Positions 32,465-42,480 of a stretch of 64,000 bases of DNA are shown here, one piece after another; within the stretch, counting starts at the first letter, position 1, and each line of letters starts with the position of its first letter. The stretch covers positions 960,001-1,024,000 of the forward strand of contig OZ242164.1 in assembly GCA_965205335.1 (NCBI GenBank). The letters run 5' to 3'. The notes beneath the pieces were generated by a model. It made no database searches and had not been told where the DNA came from. It saw only the letters and a program-made list of their open reading frames with translations. Origin of the DNA: Candidatus Woesearchaeota archaeon (GTDB lineage: Archaea; Nanobdellota; Nanobdellia; Woesearchaeales; UBA583). Both the position numbers and the translations under genes were made by a program.

Positions 32465-32478
32465 GTTTCCACTGGAAA
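32465..32478 (-). promoter_or_regulatory. ORB-like Cdc6/Orc1 binding box
   Basis: Minus strand TTTCCAGTGGAAAC matches the ORB core; lies in the AT-rich gap upstream of cdc6. Confidence 0.55.
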
Positions 32479-32562
32479 TATTAGATATTCTACTAAAGGT
32501 GTGAGTACTATATACCATAGCACTAAACATTTATAAAGCTGTTAATTTGGATAATATTTCTA

Positions 32563-33849
32563 ATGGGAAATGACATTGAAAAAATACCTGATTCTTTAGA
32601 TACACAAAGAGATGAATTAGATGATTTCTTTGAAGATTTTATGGAATCCAAGCCTATTTTCAAGGATAAGTCAGTTCTCCAGTCAAATCATAATCCTGAT
32701 AAGATTTCACATAGAGAGGAATACTTAAAAGAGATTGCAAAAACCCTCGCCCCATCTCTAAGGTTAGAGAGGCCATCTAATATTTTTATATATGGAAAGA
32801 CGGGAACGGGAAAGACATTGTGTGTTAATTATGTTTTAAATAAGATGTTAAATATTGCAAGTGCAAGAGAGATTCCTTTAAGGATTATTTCAATTAACTG
32901 CAAGTTGAAAAAGGTTGCTGATACTGAATATAGGATTATTCTTGAAATTTTAAAAGAGTTGGGACGTGAAATGCCTTCAACTGGAATTTCAACAAATGAT
33001 TTGTATAAGGAGTTGTATAAGATGCTTGATTCAAGGAAACAAACTGTAATTCTTGCCCTCGATGAGATTGATGCACTTATCATAAAAGCAGGAGATGATA
33101 TTTTATATAATTTGACAAGAATTAACCCTGAGTTAAAGCAATCAGAGGTAACAATAATTGGAATAACTAATGATTTGATTATTATGGATATGGTTGATGC
33201 AAGAGTTAAATCATCTTTAAGTGAAGAGGAAATTGTTTTTCTGCCATATAATGCTATTCAGATTCAGGATATTCTAAATGATAGAGCAATTAAAGCATTC
33301 GTTGAGGGAGTTTTAGATGAGGAGGTAATTCCAAAGTGCTCTGCATATGCGGCAAGAGAGCATGGGGATGCGCGAAGGGCATTAGAATTGTTGAGGTTTG
33401 CAGGAGAACTTGCTGAGCGTTCTGGCAGTGAGAAGGTTCTTTGCGAGCATATTGATAGTGCTGATAAAAAGACGGAAAGAAACAGAGTCATTGATGTAAT
33501 AAAATCTCTGCCAAAACAATCCAAACTTGTAAATTATTCAATTATTAAGACTTCTATGCGAGAGAAACATAATCTTGTAACAAATAAGAAATCTCTTGTT
33601 ATTGAACCAACTACAACAGGAGCAGTGTATGATTATTATAATAAGTTAGCCAAGGATTTGAGGATTGCAACTTTATCTTCGCGAAGAATTTCAGACCTTA
33701 TTGTTGAACTTGATGTTTTGGGTATTATTAATTTTAGGATTGTTTCAAAGGGAAGGTATGGGCGAACAAGATATATTTCAGTTGGACTTCCTAAGAGTTT
33801 GTTTAGTGAAGTAATAAGTATTCTAAAAAAAGATTTGAATTTGGTTTGA
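32563..33849 (+). CDS. cdc6: Orc1/Cdc6 replication initiator
   Basis: GKTGTGKT, LDEID, HGDARRAL, GRYGRT. Confidence 0.96.
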   Translation: MGNDIEKIPDSLDTQRDELDDFFEDFMESKPIFKDKSVLQSNHNPDKISHREEYLKEIAKTLAPSLRLERPSNIFIYGKTGTGKTLCVNYVLNKMLNIASAREIPLRIISINCKLKKVADTEYRIILEILKELGREMPSTGISTNDLYKELYKMLDSRKQTVILALDEIDALIIKAGDDILYNLTRINPELKQSEVTIIGITNDLIIMDMVDARVKSSLSEEEIVFLPYNAIQIQDILNDRAIKAFVEGVLDEEVIPKCSAYAAREHGDARRALELLRFAGELAERSGSEKVLCEHIDSADKKTERNRVIDVIKSLPKQSKLVNYSIIKTSMREKHNLVTNKKSLVIEPTTTGAVYDYYNKLAKDLRIATLSSRRISDLIVELDVLGIINFRIVSKGRYGRTRYISVGLPKSLFSEVISILKKDLNLV

Positions 33850-34028
33850 ATTATTCTTTGAATTAGAAGTGTTAGGATTTTAGAGTCATCAAAATTAGAT
33901 TTATTGTTATTACATTGTTTCATAATACTTATCTAATATTTTCCAAACGAGAAGTTTTATGATTAAGAAAAATTCACTTGGAATTTTAATTGGAGTTTTT
34001 GCTTTTTTATCTGTTTTTTGTTAAGAAA

Positions 34029-34544
34029 CTAAAGGAATAAGTAAGGGATAACCACATAAACTAGAATTTGACTAATTAATATCGGAATTAAATATAATGC
34101 ATATTTTACAAACTCTTTTTCTTTAAATAAAAAAATCAGGTAATTCAGATTAAAGCTTAACAAAAATAAAATTGAGTATAAAAGTAAATTTACATCAACA
34201 ACTGAAATAAAAGATTCTACCAGGGAGAGTTCAGCAGAAACTCTGGTAATTTCATTCATTATTCCAATAATTAGAACAAATACAGACAATAAAAATGCAG
34301 ATGTGATGATTGAACTCTTTAATCTAAATTCAAAACTATAATTAAATCCATCTTGTAACCATTTATATAAGAACCCAAAAGGCAGAGATATAATAATTAA
34401 GAAGATGTAATTTGTAATTGAACTTAAATCCCCAAATGAAATCCCAAATATAACTGCTAACATTATTAAAATATATAATATTAGAATTACAAAAGAGAGA
34501 AATAATTTGACTTTGCTTTTTTTGTTTGATTCTCTTCCTTCCAT
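34029..34544 (-). CDS. Hypothetical membrane protein
   Basis: About five hydrophobic segments. Confidence 0.6.
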   Translation of the reverse strand: MEGRESNKKSKVKLFLSFVILILYILIMLAVIFGISFGDLSSITNYIFLIIISLPFGFLYKWLQDGFNYSFEFRLKSSIITSAFLLSVFVLIIGIMNEITRVSAELSLVESFISVVDVNLLLYSILFLLSFNLNYLIFLFKEKEFVKYALYLIPILISQILVYVVIPYLFL

Positions 34545-34814
34545 TCTAATTTAGAAATTCAAATATATATGAATTTTTCCACGCATTATTAAAAGGAATG
34601 CTTTGTCAATAAGTGCAAATGCTAGAAAAACTCAATTATCTATTAATCTTAATATTATCACAATCCGAGATTAGTAAAGTGTTGGTCATAACTGCCGTAG
34701 TTCCCGAGCAACCTGCCCACACAAAAGATACACTAAGACACAATACTATTTCAAATTATTTTACCTGAAGAGTAGTATATAATTAATATAAATTCATTTT
34801 CTAATATAAAAATT

Positions 34815-36461
34815 ATGAGTGTAAAAGTTGCATATTTTAGTACTGAGATTGGATTGAAATCAGAGATTAAGACATATTCTGGTGGCTTGGGAATTTTGGC
34901 AGGGGATACAATTAAGGCGATGGCAGATTTGAATTTTCCATTCTGCGCCTTAACTCTCCTCTACAAAGAAGGGTTTCTTAAACAAAGAATAATTGATGAT
35001 ACTCAGGTTGAAGAGGATGATAACTGGGATTTTTTAAGTATATTAGAGGATACTCAAAAAGAATGTGAAGTGGAAATTGCAGGAATTCCAATTTATGTGA
35101 AAATCTGGAAATACGTGCATAAAGGGCTTAGAGGACATGAAATTCCAATATATTTTCTTGATACAGATTTGGAGAAGAATCCAAAATGGACTAAGAAAAT
35201 CACAAATAAGCTTTATCAGGGGAACAGGTTATATCAGGAAATTGTTTTAGGGATTGGAGGAATTAAAGCATTAGAAGTTCTTGGGCATAATGAAATTGAA
35301 AAGTATCATATGAATGAGGGACACTCATGTTTTTTAACACTGCAGCTTTACAAAGATTTAGGAGAGAAAAATGGTTGGGATGGTGATGCCGTAAGAAAAA
35401 AATGTGTATTTACAACTCATACTCCAATTCCTGCAGGACATGATAAATTTGATTATAAGCATGTATATGAAGCGTTTACAGATGATACTAAATTAATACC
35501 TTGGCATATTGAGAAAATCGCAGGTTTTAATGAATTAGATACAACAAAACTTGCAATGAGTTTTAGTTCTCATATAAATGCGGTTTCAAAAATCCACTGC
35601 AAAATAACTAAGGAAATGTTTCCAGATTTTGATATTCATTATATTACAAACGGGGTTCACTGCGAGTCATGGGCAAGTTCATATATGAAGGAGGTGTTTG
35701 ACAGGAACATCAAAGGGTGGAGAGATGATTATACTAAGTTAACCAAAATATTTAGTGTGCCAAATGAAGAAATATTAGATGCTCATCTAAAAGCTAAGCA
35801 TGATATGATTAAATTTGTTAATGAACATAATATCATAGATAGTAAGTTAAAAGAGGGAGTTTTAACAGTTGGGTTTGCAAGAAGATTTATTGAATATAAG
35901 GATGCAGAATTAGTTTTTAAGAATCTTGACAGGTTAAAAGAGATAGGAGATAAGGTGCAGTTTGTATTCTCAGGCAAAACTCATCTAAATGATGGGATGG
36001 GAAAAGCAATTATGAAAAAGGTCATAGAATATGCAAGAGAATTAAAGAATGATGTTGCAATTGCATTTATTGAGAATTATGATATGAATATCGGGAAGAT
36101 TCTTGTTGGTGGATGTGATTTATGGCTAAACACTCCCATTCCATACCATGAGGCATCAGGAACATCAGGAATGAAAGCCGCAACGAATGGATGTTTGCAT
36201 TTTTCAACTCTTGACGGTTGGGCAATCGAGAGTTTTGAGAGAAATGGAGGAGGATTTCCAATTTATACATATGAGGATTTAATTACAACTCTTGAATATA
36301 AGATAATCCCAAAATTCTCTTGTGAGTTATCAACTGCATGGGTGTCTGAAATGAAACTTGCAATAGGGAATTCCGCTTCATATTTTAATACTCATAGAAT
36401 GGCAAAAGAGTATATTGAAAAGACGTATGAGATGGATATTAATGATTTTAATCAACCATAA
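34815..36461 (+). CDS. Alpha-glucan phosphorylase
   Basis: YSGGLGILAGD, HMNEGH, FTTHTP, EASGTSGMK. Confidence 0.95.
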   Translation: MSVKVAYFSTEIGLKSEIKTYSGGLGILAGDTIKAMADLNFPFCALTLLYKEGFLKQRIIDDTQVEEDDNWDFLSILEDTQKECEVEIAGIPIYVKIWKYVHKGLRGHEIPIYFLDTDLEKNPKWTKKITNKLYQGNRLYQEIVLGIGGIKALEVLGHNEIEKYHMNEGHSCFLTLQLYKDLGEKNGWDGDAVRKKCVFTTHTPIPAGHDKFDYKHVYEAFTDDTKLIPWHIEKIAGFNELDTTKLAMSFSSHINAVSKIHCKITKEMFPDFDIHYITNGVHCESWASSYMKEVFDRNIKGWRDDYTKLTKIFSVPNEEILDAHLKAKHDMIKFVNEHNIIDSKLKEGVLTVGFARRFIEYKDAELVFKNLDRLKEIGDKVQFVFSGKTHLNDGMGKAIMKKVIEYARELKNDVAIAFIENYDMNIGKILVGGCDLWLNTPIPYHEASGTSGMKAATNGCLHFSTLDGWAIESFERNGGGFPIYTYEDLITTLEYKIIPKFSCELSTAWVSEMKLAIGNSASYFNTHRMAKEYIEKTYEMDINDFNQP

Positions 36462-37263
36462 GACTTCCTCCATATGCCTCAATGGGAAAGTCTTTTTGGA
36501 CAAATTCTATTTTGCATTCTGTGTTATTGAAATACTGCATTAGAGATTTTTCAAATAAATTTAAAGAATGTAGAAAACCTCCAGCTATGAAAATTTTATT
36601 CAATTCAAGGGTTTTTGATAGGGATAAGAGAACAATCCCCAAATTCCCCCCAAATTCTTCAAATATTAGTTTAGATTCATTCTTAAAGGAATGCAGTTCA
36701 TGAACATTAGAGATTTTTAAACCCATTTCTTTTGCTTTGTTAAGTAAAAATCTTTTTGATATTTTATCTTCAATTGAATAATCAGAGTGAAAAAAATTAG
36801 TGTGGGAAAAATCAGAACTGAAATCAGATTTTGTATATAATTTTCCATTGATATACAGGCTTATTCCTATTCCAGTTCCAAGAGTTATAAATGCTATATT
36901 CTTATCGTGAATTGATTCTTTTAATGCGTAGTAAAGAAGATATGAGTCATTGCAAACTTTTACTAAACATTTATATTTTCGAGAAACCACATCATTGATT
37001 CCATAGCCGTTTATTATTTTTAAGTTTGGGGCATCAAGCACAATTCCTTTTTCAACTCTTCCACAAACTCCTACACCAATTCCATTTATTTTATAATCTT
37101 TTCTTAAATCATCAATTATTTTAAATAAGACTTTTTCAAAGTTTGCTATGTTATCATTTGGTGTTTTAGTTTTAATTTTTCTTACAATTATATTAGAACA
37201 TCTTAAAACTCCTTTAATATTTGAACCACCAATGTCTATACCGATATAATATTTTTCATTCAT
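36448..37263 (-). CDS. ROK family sugar kinase
   Basis: GIDIGGS, ND, TLGTGIG. Confidence 0.85.
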   Translation of the reverse strand: MNEKYYIGIDIGGSNIKGVLRCSNIIVRKIKTKTPNDNIANFEKVLFKIIDDLRKDYKINGIGVGVCGRVEKGIVLDAPNLKIINGYGINDVVSRKYKCLVKVCNDSYLLYYALKESIHDKNIAFITLGTGIGISLYINGKLYTKSDFSSDFSHTNFFHSDYSIEDKISKRFLLNKAKEMGLKISNVHELHSFKNESKLIFEEFGGNLGIVLLSLSKTLELNKIFIAGGFLHSLNLFEKSLMQYFNNTECKIEFVQKDFPIEAYGGSLMVD

Positions 37264-37266
37264 TTT

Positions 37267-37638
37267 TTAACTATAAGAATTCCTAAGAGTTTGTCTTTTA
37301 TATGGTCTATATTGCCAAGTTTCTAGGATATAATCCAGAACATCTCTACAATAGCGAAACATATAAATTGCAATTCTATCTGTTTCTTCTTCTGTTCTAC
37401 TCAAATTAAAATGATCATCTCTGTAATGAACAAATTCATGTAGCAATATTATTAATTCATCGTCCAAGTTCTCACAATTTCTTGGGAAAATTTTTATCCT
37501 TTCTTCACTTCTATCATACAACCCTTTTAATTCTTTTATTTTCTGCTCTTTTCCATAATAAATTTTACTAATATCAAAATATTCATCTATAAATAGTTTA
37601 AATACTTCTTCTTTGGTTACTGTTTCTAATCTACTCAT
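37267..37638 (-). CDS. Small HExxH (zincin-like) protein
   Basis: LLHEFVH...TEEET. Confidence 0.55.
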   Translation of the reverse strand: MSRLETVTKEEVFKLFIDEYFDISKIYYGKEQKIKELKGLYDRSEERIKIFPRNCENLDDELIILLHEFVHYRDDHFNLSRTEEETDRIAIYMFRYCRDVLDYILETWQYRPYKRQTLRNSYS

Positions 37639-37770
37639 CCTCTATGTTTTGTATCATTTTAATTTTTTGGTAAAGGTGTTTTTCTACCTTTTATATAGAT
37701 AAACCCTCTTATAGTTTTTCTATGTATTAAGAAATCTTGATTTGAGATATTATAAATGTTTTGTAAAATA

Positions 37771-37898
37771 GGCTCTGTCCATAAATTGTTTTTTCCAAAA
37801 TCTATGCTAAGTATATTCAATCAAAGAAAGAAATTATTTATCAAAAGTTGCTTTATTGATACAATATTTTAAGTTCTCTTGAATTTATGGACAGAGCC
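37771..37898 (-). mobile_element. 128-bp MITE copy 4 (inverted)
   Basis: TIR GGCTCTGTCCATAAATT; 8-bp TSD GTAAAATA. Confidence 0.95.
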
Positions 37899-37993
37899 GT
37901 AAAATATTAAAATAAAAAATGCTTATAATTGTACATTTATTTCCTAAGTCTTTAATGCTACAGTCTGCTAAAGAATATAGATTTTTAGTTAGA

Positions 37994-38182
37994 TTATTTT
38001 TCTTTTTTGTAAACTTCTAATTCAAGTTTTCCTTTGTCATATTCTTCTTGGGCTATTTTTACGTAGTCCTTTGAAATCTTTACTCCCTTTGAAACTTTAA
38101 CTTTGGGTTTGTCGCCCTGAGCTAATTCAAGGGCTCTTGCTGATAGTAATCTTGTTTTCTCAAATTTGTTTAGTTTTTCCAT
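37994..38182 (-). CDS. rpoK: RNA polymerase subunit K (Rpo6)
   Basis: NKFEKTRLLSARALELAQG. Confidence 0.9.
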   Translation of the reverse strand: MEKLNKFEKTRLLSARALELAQGDKPKVKVSKGVKISKDYVKIAQEEYDKGKLELEVYKKEK

Positions 38183-38186
38183 TTTT

Positions 38187-38684
38187 TTATTCACTTTCTT
38201 TTTTTTCTTCCTCTGCATGTTCTAAAACTCTAATGTCATCAATTGTCATTGTTATTGGAATCGGAACAGCCATATTTATCGGTTCAACAACAACTCCCTC
38301 TTTACCTGGCACCACACGTACAACTCTTGCCCTATCACCTTTGAAAGGACCTACAATTATTTCAACAATATCTCTCTCAGATACCATTATCTGCTCCATG
38401 CCTTTTTCAAAGTATTTCTCAAGGTCTTTAAAATCAATTTGATCTCTTATTACACCTTTGCTGTTAGGGACCCCACGGGTTGCATCAATTAGTTTGGTTA
38501 GAGATTCAACTTCAGCAAAAACATATCCTTTAATGTTCTCAACTCGAAATACGCTGTAAATTCCATGGTCTTCTTTGCTTAACAGGGATTTTTGCAAAGA
38601 ATCCAAGAATTTGTCTTCGCGACCAATAGATGTTCTGACTACATAATATTCATGGTTCTCTTTTGTATCATTCTCACTATCCAT
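38187..38684 (-). CDS. spt5: Transcription elongation factor Spt5
   Basis: NGN domain (IKGYVFAE) and KOW (VEIIVGPFKG). Confidence 0.94.
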   Translation of the reverse strand: MDSENDTKENHEYYVVRTSIGREDKFLDSLQKSLLSKEDHGIYSVFRVENIKGYVFAEVESLTKLIDATRGVPNSKGVIRDQIDFKDLEKYFEKGMEQIMVSERDIVEIIVGPFKGDRARVVRVVPGKEGVVVEPINMAVPIPITMTIDDIRVLEHAEEEKKESE

Positions 38685-38685
38685 T

Positions 38686-38958
38686 TTATCCGAGTAATCT
38701 CTTTAATATGTTGCGCATGTCCATTCTTTTAGTAAAGAATAATCCAAAGGTAGAGAATAGTCCTAGGCATTTTTCTTCTTCTCCAAAACATCCCTTTAAT
38801 AAGAACTGCCATAATAATTCAATAATAAAGCCAATTAATCCAATTACTAAGAAACCTATGGCAACAATTTTTAAGGTTAGAAAATAATCTTTTTTAGTTG
38901 GCTTTCTTGTAACCTTCCATACTCTTTTCATATCAGAAATGCTTTTTGCTATGTTCAT
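38686..38958 (-). CDS. secE: Protein translocase SecE/Sec61-gamma
   Basis: RVWKVTRKP...GFLVIGLIGFII; upstream of spt5. Confidence 0.9.
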   Translation of the reverse strand: MNIAKSISDMKRVWKVTRKPTKKDYFLTLKIVAIGFLVIGLIGFIIELLWQFLLKGCFGEEEKCLGLFSTFGLFFTKRMDMRNILKRLLG

Positions 38959-39067
38959 TTATTTTTATTTAAAGAAGTTTTTGAGAAATACTAAAAACTA
39001 ACTCTCTAAACTCTTTGTATATAAAAAACTATTTCACATTTATAAAATTTGTTATAGTTAGGTTCTG

Positions 39068-40009
39068 TGTGTAGTGCCATGACATATGTCACCACCTCAA
39101 CTTTCTCTGAAAGTTGTCAAACTCATAAGAAGGAGTTTGACTAAATAAGCTCTGATGAGGTCTAAAAACATTATATCTATACCTAAATAACTCTAGATCA
39201 TTGTTGCAATACCCAATTTCCCTGTCAATTGTTCCAAACAAACGTTCCACTTTTCCGTTTGTTTGAGGACGGTTAACTTTAGTTCTAATGTGCTTAATCC
39301 TTCTTCTTTGACACCATTTATCGAACTTAGACTTCTTACTTCTAAGTCCATATGGTGCTCCATTATCACTGATTATTTGAGTAGGATTTCCAAATTTCTT
39401 GATTAAATTATCAAGAAATTGTGTTACAATTGGTGTTGTAACAGTTGGAACATGTAAAATACCTAAACAATAACGAGTGGCATCATCAATGACCGCAATT
39501 ATTTTACCTTTTTCACCAAATTCACTGTCATCAATGTGCCAAAGTGAATTTGAGTGTTTACGTTCGAAACGAACGTATTTAATCAGAGACCCTCTATTTC
39601 CCTCTTTACGAGTTAAATGATTCTTTCTAAGAACTCTATTAATGGTTCTCTCTGAAATATCCAGAATAGGCAGGAAGTTATGAAGCTTTTTAGATCCCCA
39701 ACCAGTTTTATATCGAAGATTTAAAATTGCTTTCTCATCTTCTAAAGTAACTTTGTAATAGATCTTGTTTGGTCTTGTAGACTTATCTTGATAATCCCAT
39801 ATTTCTTTCTCAAAACGGTGTTGCCAACGTTTTAAAGTACGAATACTTACAAAGTATTTGCACTCCTCAGCAAGTATTTTCTTGCATTTAGAATAAGAGT
39901 TTTGTTTAACTCTTAGCTTTATGAAAACTTTCCTAATTTCGTATTTTTTCATAAAGTTAACAAGAATTGTTAACTTTTAGATTGGTGACATATGTTATGG
40001 CACCACACA
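39068..40009 (-). mobile_element. IS481-family element, copy C (relative of A/B)
   Basis: 27-bp imperfect TIR TGTGTRGTGCCATRACATATGTCACCA; no TSD. Confidence 0.9.
39089..39952 (-). CDS. IS481-family DDE transposase (intact)
   Basis: WHIDD, IDDATR, SDNG, PQTNGKVER. Confidence 0.92.
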   Translation of the reverse strand: MKKYEIRKVFIKLRVKQNSYSKCKKILAEECKYFVSIRTLKRWQHRFEKEIWDYQDKSTRPNKIYYKVTLEDEKAILNLRYKTGWGSKKLHNFLPILDISERTINRVLRKNHLTRKEGNRGSLIKYVRFERKHSNSLWHIDDSEFGEKGKIIAVIDDATRYCLGILHVPTVTTPIVTQFLDNLIKKFGNPTQIISDNGAPYGLRSKKSKFDKWCQRRRIKHIRTKVNRPQTNGKVERLFGTIDREIGYCNNDLELFRYRYNVFRPHQSLFSQTPSYEFDNFQRKLRW

Positions 40010-40020
40010 TGTAGTTTTCA

Positions 40021-40148
40021 GGCTCTGTCCATAAATTGTTTTTTCCAAAATCTATGCTAAATATATTCAATCAAAGAAGAAAATTACTTATCAAAAATCA
40101 TTTTATTTATACAACATTTTAAGTTCTCTTGAATTTATGGACAAAGCC
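40021..40148 (-). mobile_element. 128-bp MITE copy 5 (inverted)
   Basis: TIRs with one mismatch; 8-bp TSD AGTTTTCA. Confidence 0.95.
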
Positions 40149-40260
40149 AGTTTTCAGATAGGTTTATAAAGTTCTTACTTTAAAAAAAGAAATTATTGAT
40201 GTCTTAAAGCAATTCTAATTAAAATATATAACTTTTTATATAGTATATAACACACAATAC

Positions 40261-40911
40261 TTAACTTTTCCTAACCAATTCACAGATTTTTTCCACCTGC
40301 TCATCAATGCTCATATCTGAGTTGTCTATTTCTATGGCATCTGGACTTTTAATTAATGGGGATATTTCTCGGTTTTTGTCCTGAAAATCTCTTTTCTCAA
40401 TGTCTAATCTGACTTCTTCAAAAGTTTTACTAAATCCCCTCTTCTTAAAATCCTCTAATCTTCTTTTTGTTCTCTCTTCTAATGATGCTGTCAAATATAT
40501 TTTCAAACTTGCATTAGGGACTATGAATGTTCCTGCATCCCTACCATCAACAATGCAATCACAACTATTAGTTATGCGTCTTGCAATTTTATTAGCAAAT
40601 TCACGAACAATTCCTATTTTTGCATAATCAGATGATAATTCGCATATTTTAGGGTCTCTTATTTTATCATGAACTTCTTTGCCATCTAAAAGAAATCCCC
40701 AATTCTCCCCTAATTCAATTTTTAAATCTTTAAAACTTGCCCCATTAACATTTGAAGGTAGAATCTTCTTTTGGTTTAGATAATATGTAATAATTCTGTA
40801 TATTGCTCCTGAATCAATGTATTTTATGCCTAATTTTTTGGCAACTAATCTTGAAACTGTTCCCTTTCCTGATGCAACAGGCCCATCCACTGCAATAATT
40901 AAATGGTTCAT
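40261..40911 (-). CDS. cmk: Cytidylate kinase (bacterial type)
   Basis: AVDGPVASGKGT, DSGAIYR, DGRDAG, RDFQD..R. Confidence 0.92.
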   Translation of the reverse strand: MNHLIIAVDGPVASGKGTVSRLVAKKLGIKYIDSGAIYRIITYYLNQKKILPSNVNGASFKDLKIELGENWGFLLDGKEVHDKIRDPKICELSSDYAKIGIVREFANKIARRITNSCDCIVDGRDAGTFIVPNASLKIYLTASLEERTKRRLEDFKKRGFSKTFEEVRLDIEKRDFQDKNREISPLIKSPDAIEIDNSDMSIDEQVEKICELVRKS

Positions 40912-40923
40912 AAAACCTCACTC

Positions 40924-41583
40924 TCATGCAAAATCCAATTTTGCTTTATTGTAATTCTCGGCTTCTTCTAAACTTATAAATCTTGGGTCTTTATTCTCTT
41001 CTGTTTTTTTGGGTTTTGAAAATCTTTTAACAAATTTCTTTCTTCTTGAAAGCAGATAATAAGCATACGCAAAGCCCACAGCCATTCCAACTAAATGAGC
41101 AAAATTCGCTGTATTATTTGGCATATAAGTTCCCAATAAATCATAGATTACATATATTACCCCCAAAAACCACATAGGCATTGGTATAACAAAAAACAAT
41201 AGAACTTTAAGTCTTGGAAAAAATACAATCGTTGCTCCGATAATTCCCATAACTCCTGCTGATGCTCCTAAAAATGAATCATATATGAAACTCCCAAATA
41301 CTGCCGCTAAAATACCTGCACCAAAATATAGCATCAGAAATCTTCTAGTTCCGATTTTTGATTCAAGCAAAGAACCAAAGATAATTAAGGCAAACATGTT
41401 AAAGAACAGATGATAAAAATGTGCATGAGCAAACATATATGTCACAAATGAAAAAGGATTAAAGACTTCATTTGACGATGAAAAAATCAATAAACCTCCT
41501 AAATTGGGAATAGTTAAAGTCAAGACAAAAATAAATACGTTCGCAATAACCAATGAAAAGACGGCACTTCTAAAATTAATCAT
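40924..41583 (-). CDS. Rhomboid intramembrane serine protease
   Basis: HLFFNM, GASAG, AHLVG. Confidence 0.92.
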   Translation of the reverse strand: MINFRSAVFSLVIANVFIFVLTLTIPNLGGLLIFSSSNEVFNPFSFVTYMFAHAHFYHLFFNMFALIIFGSLLESKIGTRRFLMLYFGAGILAAVFGSFIYDSFLGASAGVMGIIGATIVFFPRLKVLLFFVIPMPMWFLGVIYVIYDLLGTYMPNNTANFAHLVGMAVGFAYAYYLLSRRKKFVKRFSKPKKTEENKDPRFISLEEAENYNKAKLDFA

Positions 41584-41786
41584 ATTTTAAATTAATTCAA
41601 ACTTTTTTAAAAATCTTTGTTTTGTGTTTTTCTCTTCTTAATTTCCAATTATAATTTGTTTGAGAGATATATTTAATTGAAAAAATTAGAAAATTAGATA
41701 AAAATTATGAAAAAAGATATAATAATTCTAAGATTGATGAAAAAATTTAACTTAAATCTTTTAAAATCATATTTATCTCTCCCTTT

Positions 41787-42458
41787 ATGGGTCAAGTCAA
41801 AGGTTTACTCCAAAACGAGATGCCACGAGAGAAACTGATTGCCTTTGGACCCAGCAATTTAACAGAGGTTGAACTTTTAGCAATTATCCTAAGAACAGGT
41901 TCTAAGAAATTAGGAGTCATAGAACTTTCAAGAGATATAATACAAACATTTAATGAAGAAACAATTGCAAGACTTGATTATGAAAGTTGGTTGAATTTTG
42001 ATGGAATATCAAGAGTTAAGGCATGTTCAATTGTTGCAATATTTGAACTTTCTAGAAGATTGGCTATTAAATCTGTATCTAAAATGAAGTTAAATAAACC
42101 AGAAGATATATATAATCAGGTTAGAATGGATTTTCACAATCTGGCACATGAGAACCTTATTGCTCTGTTTACGGACTCAAAAAATCAACTTATAAGAAAA
42201 GAATACATATCCAGAGGAGGGTTAAATTATTCAATTGTAGACCCAAGAATACTTCTTAAATGCGCCTTAAAACACAATGCATCAGGCATATTTTTAACTC
42301 ATAATCATCCGAGCAGCGATACAACTCCAAGTTCTGAAGACATTGAGATTACAAAGAAAATACAAAAAGCCTGCAAAACCTTAGATGTAAGATTTCTTGA
42401 CCATCTTATAATCGGCAATAATTCATATCATAGTTTTGCTGATAATGATAATTTATAA
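41787..42458 (+). CDS. radC: RadC (JAB domain) protein
   Basis: PREKL...ELLAIILRTG; HNHPS...PS.ED...LDHLI. Confidence 0.92.
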   Translation: MGQVKGLLQNEMPREKLIAFGPSNLTEVELLAIILRTGSKKLGVIELSRDIIQTFNEETIARLDYESWLNFDGISRVKACSIVAIFELSRRLAIKSVSKMKLNKPEDIYNQVRMDFHNLAHENLIALFTDSKNQLIRKEYISRGGLNYSIVDPRILLKCALKHNASGIFLTHNHPSSDTTPSSEDIEITKKIQKACKTLDVRFLDHLIIGNNSYHSFADNDNL

Positions 42459-42480
42459 AGTTATTAGTATTTTAATTTTT

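Noticed and set aside
34600-34745. GC-richer intergenic patch considered as 5S or SRP RNA
   Set aside because: No convincing 5S/SRP motifs or terminal helix; it reads more like a short decayed coding fragment.
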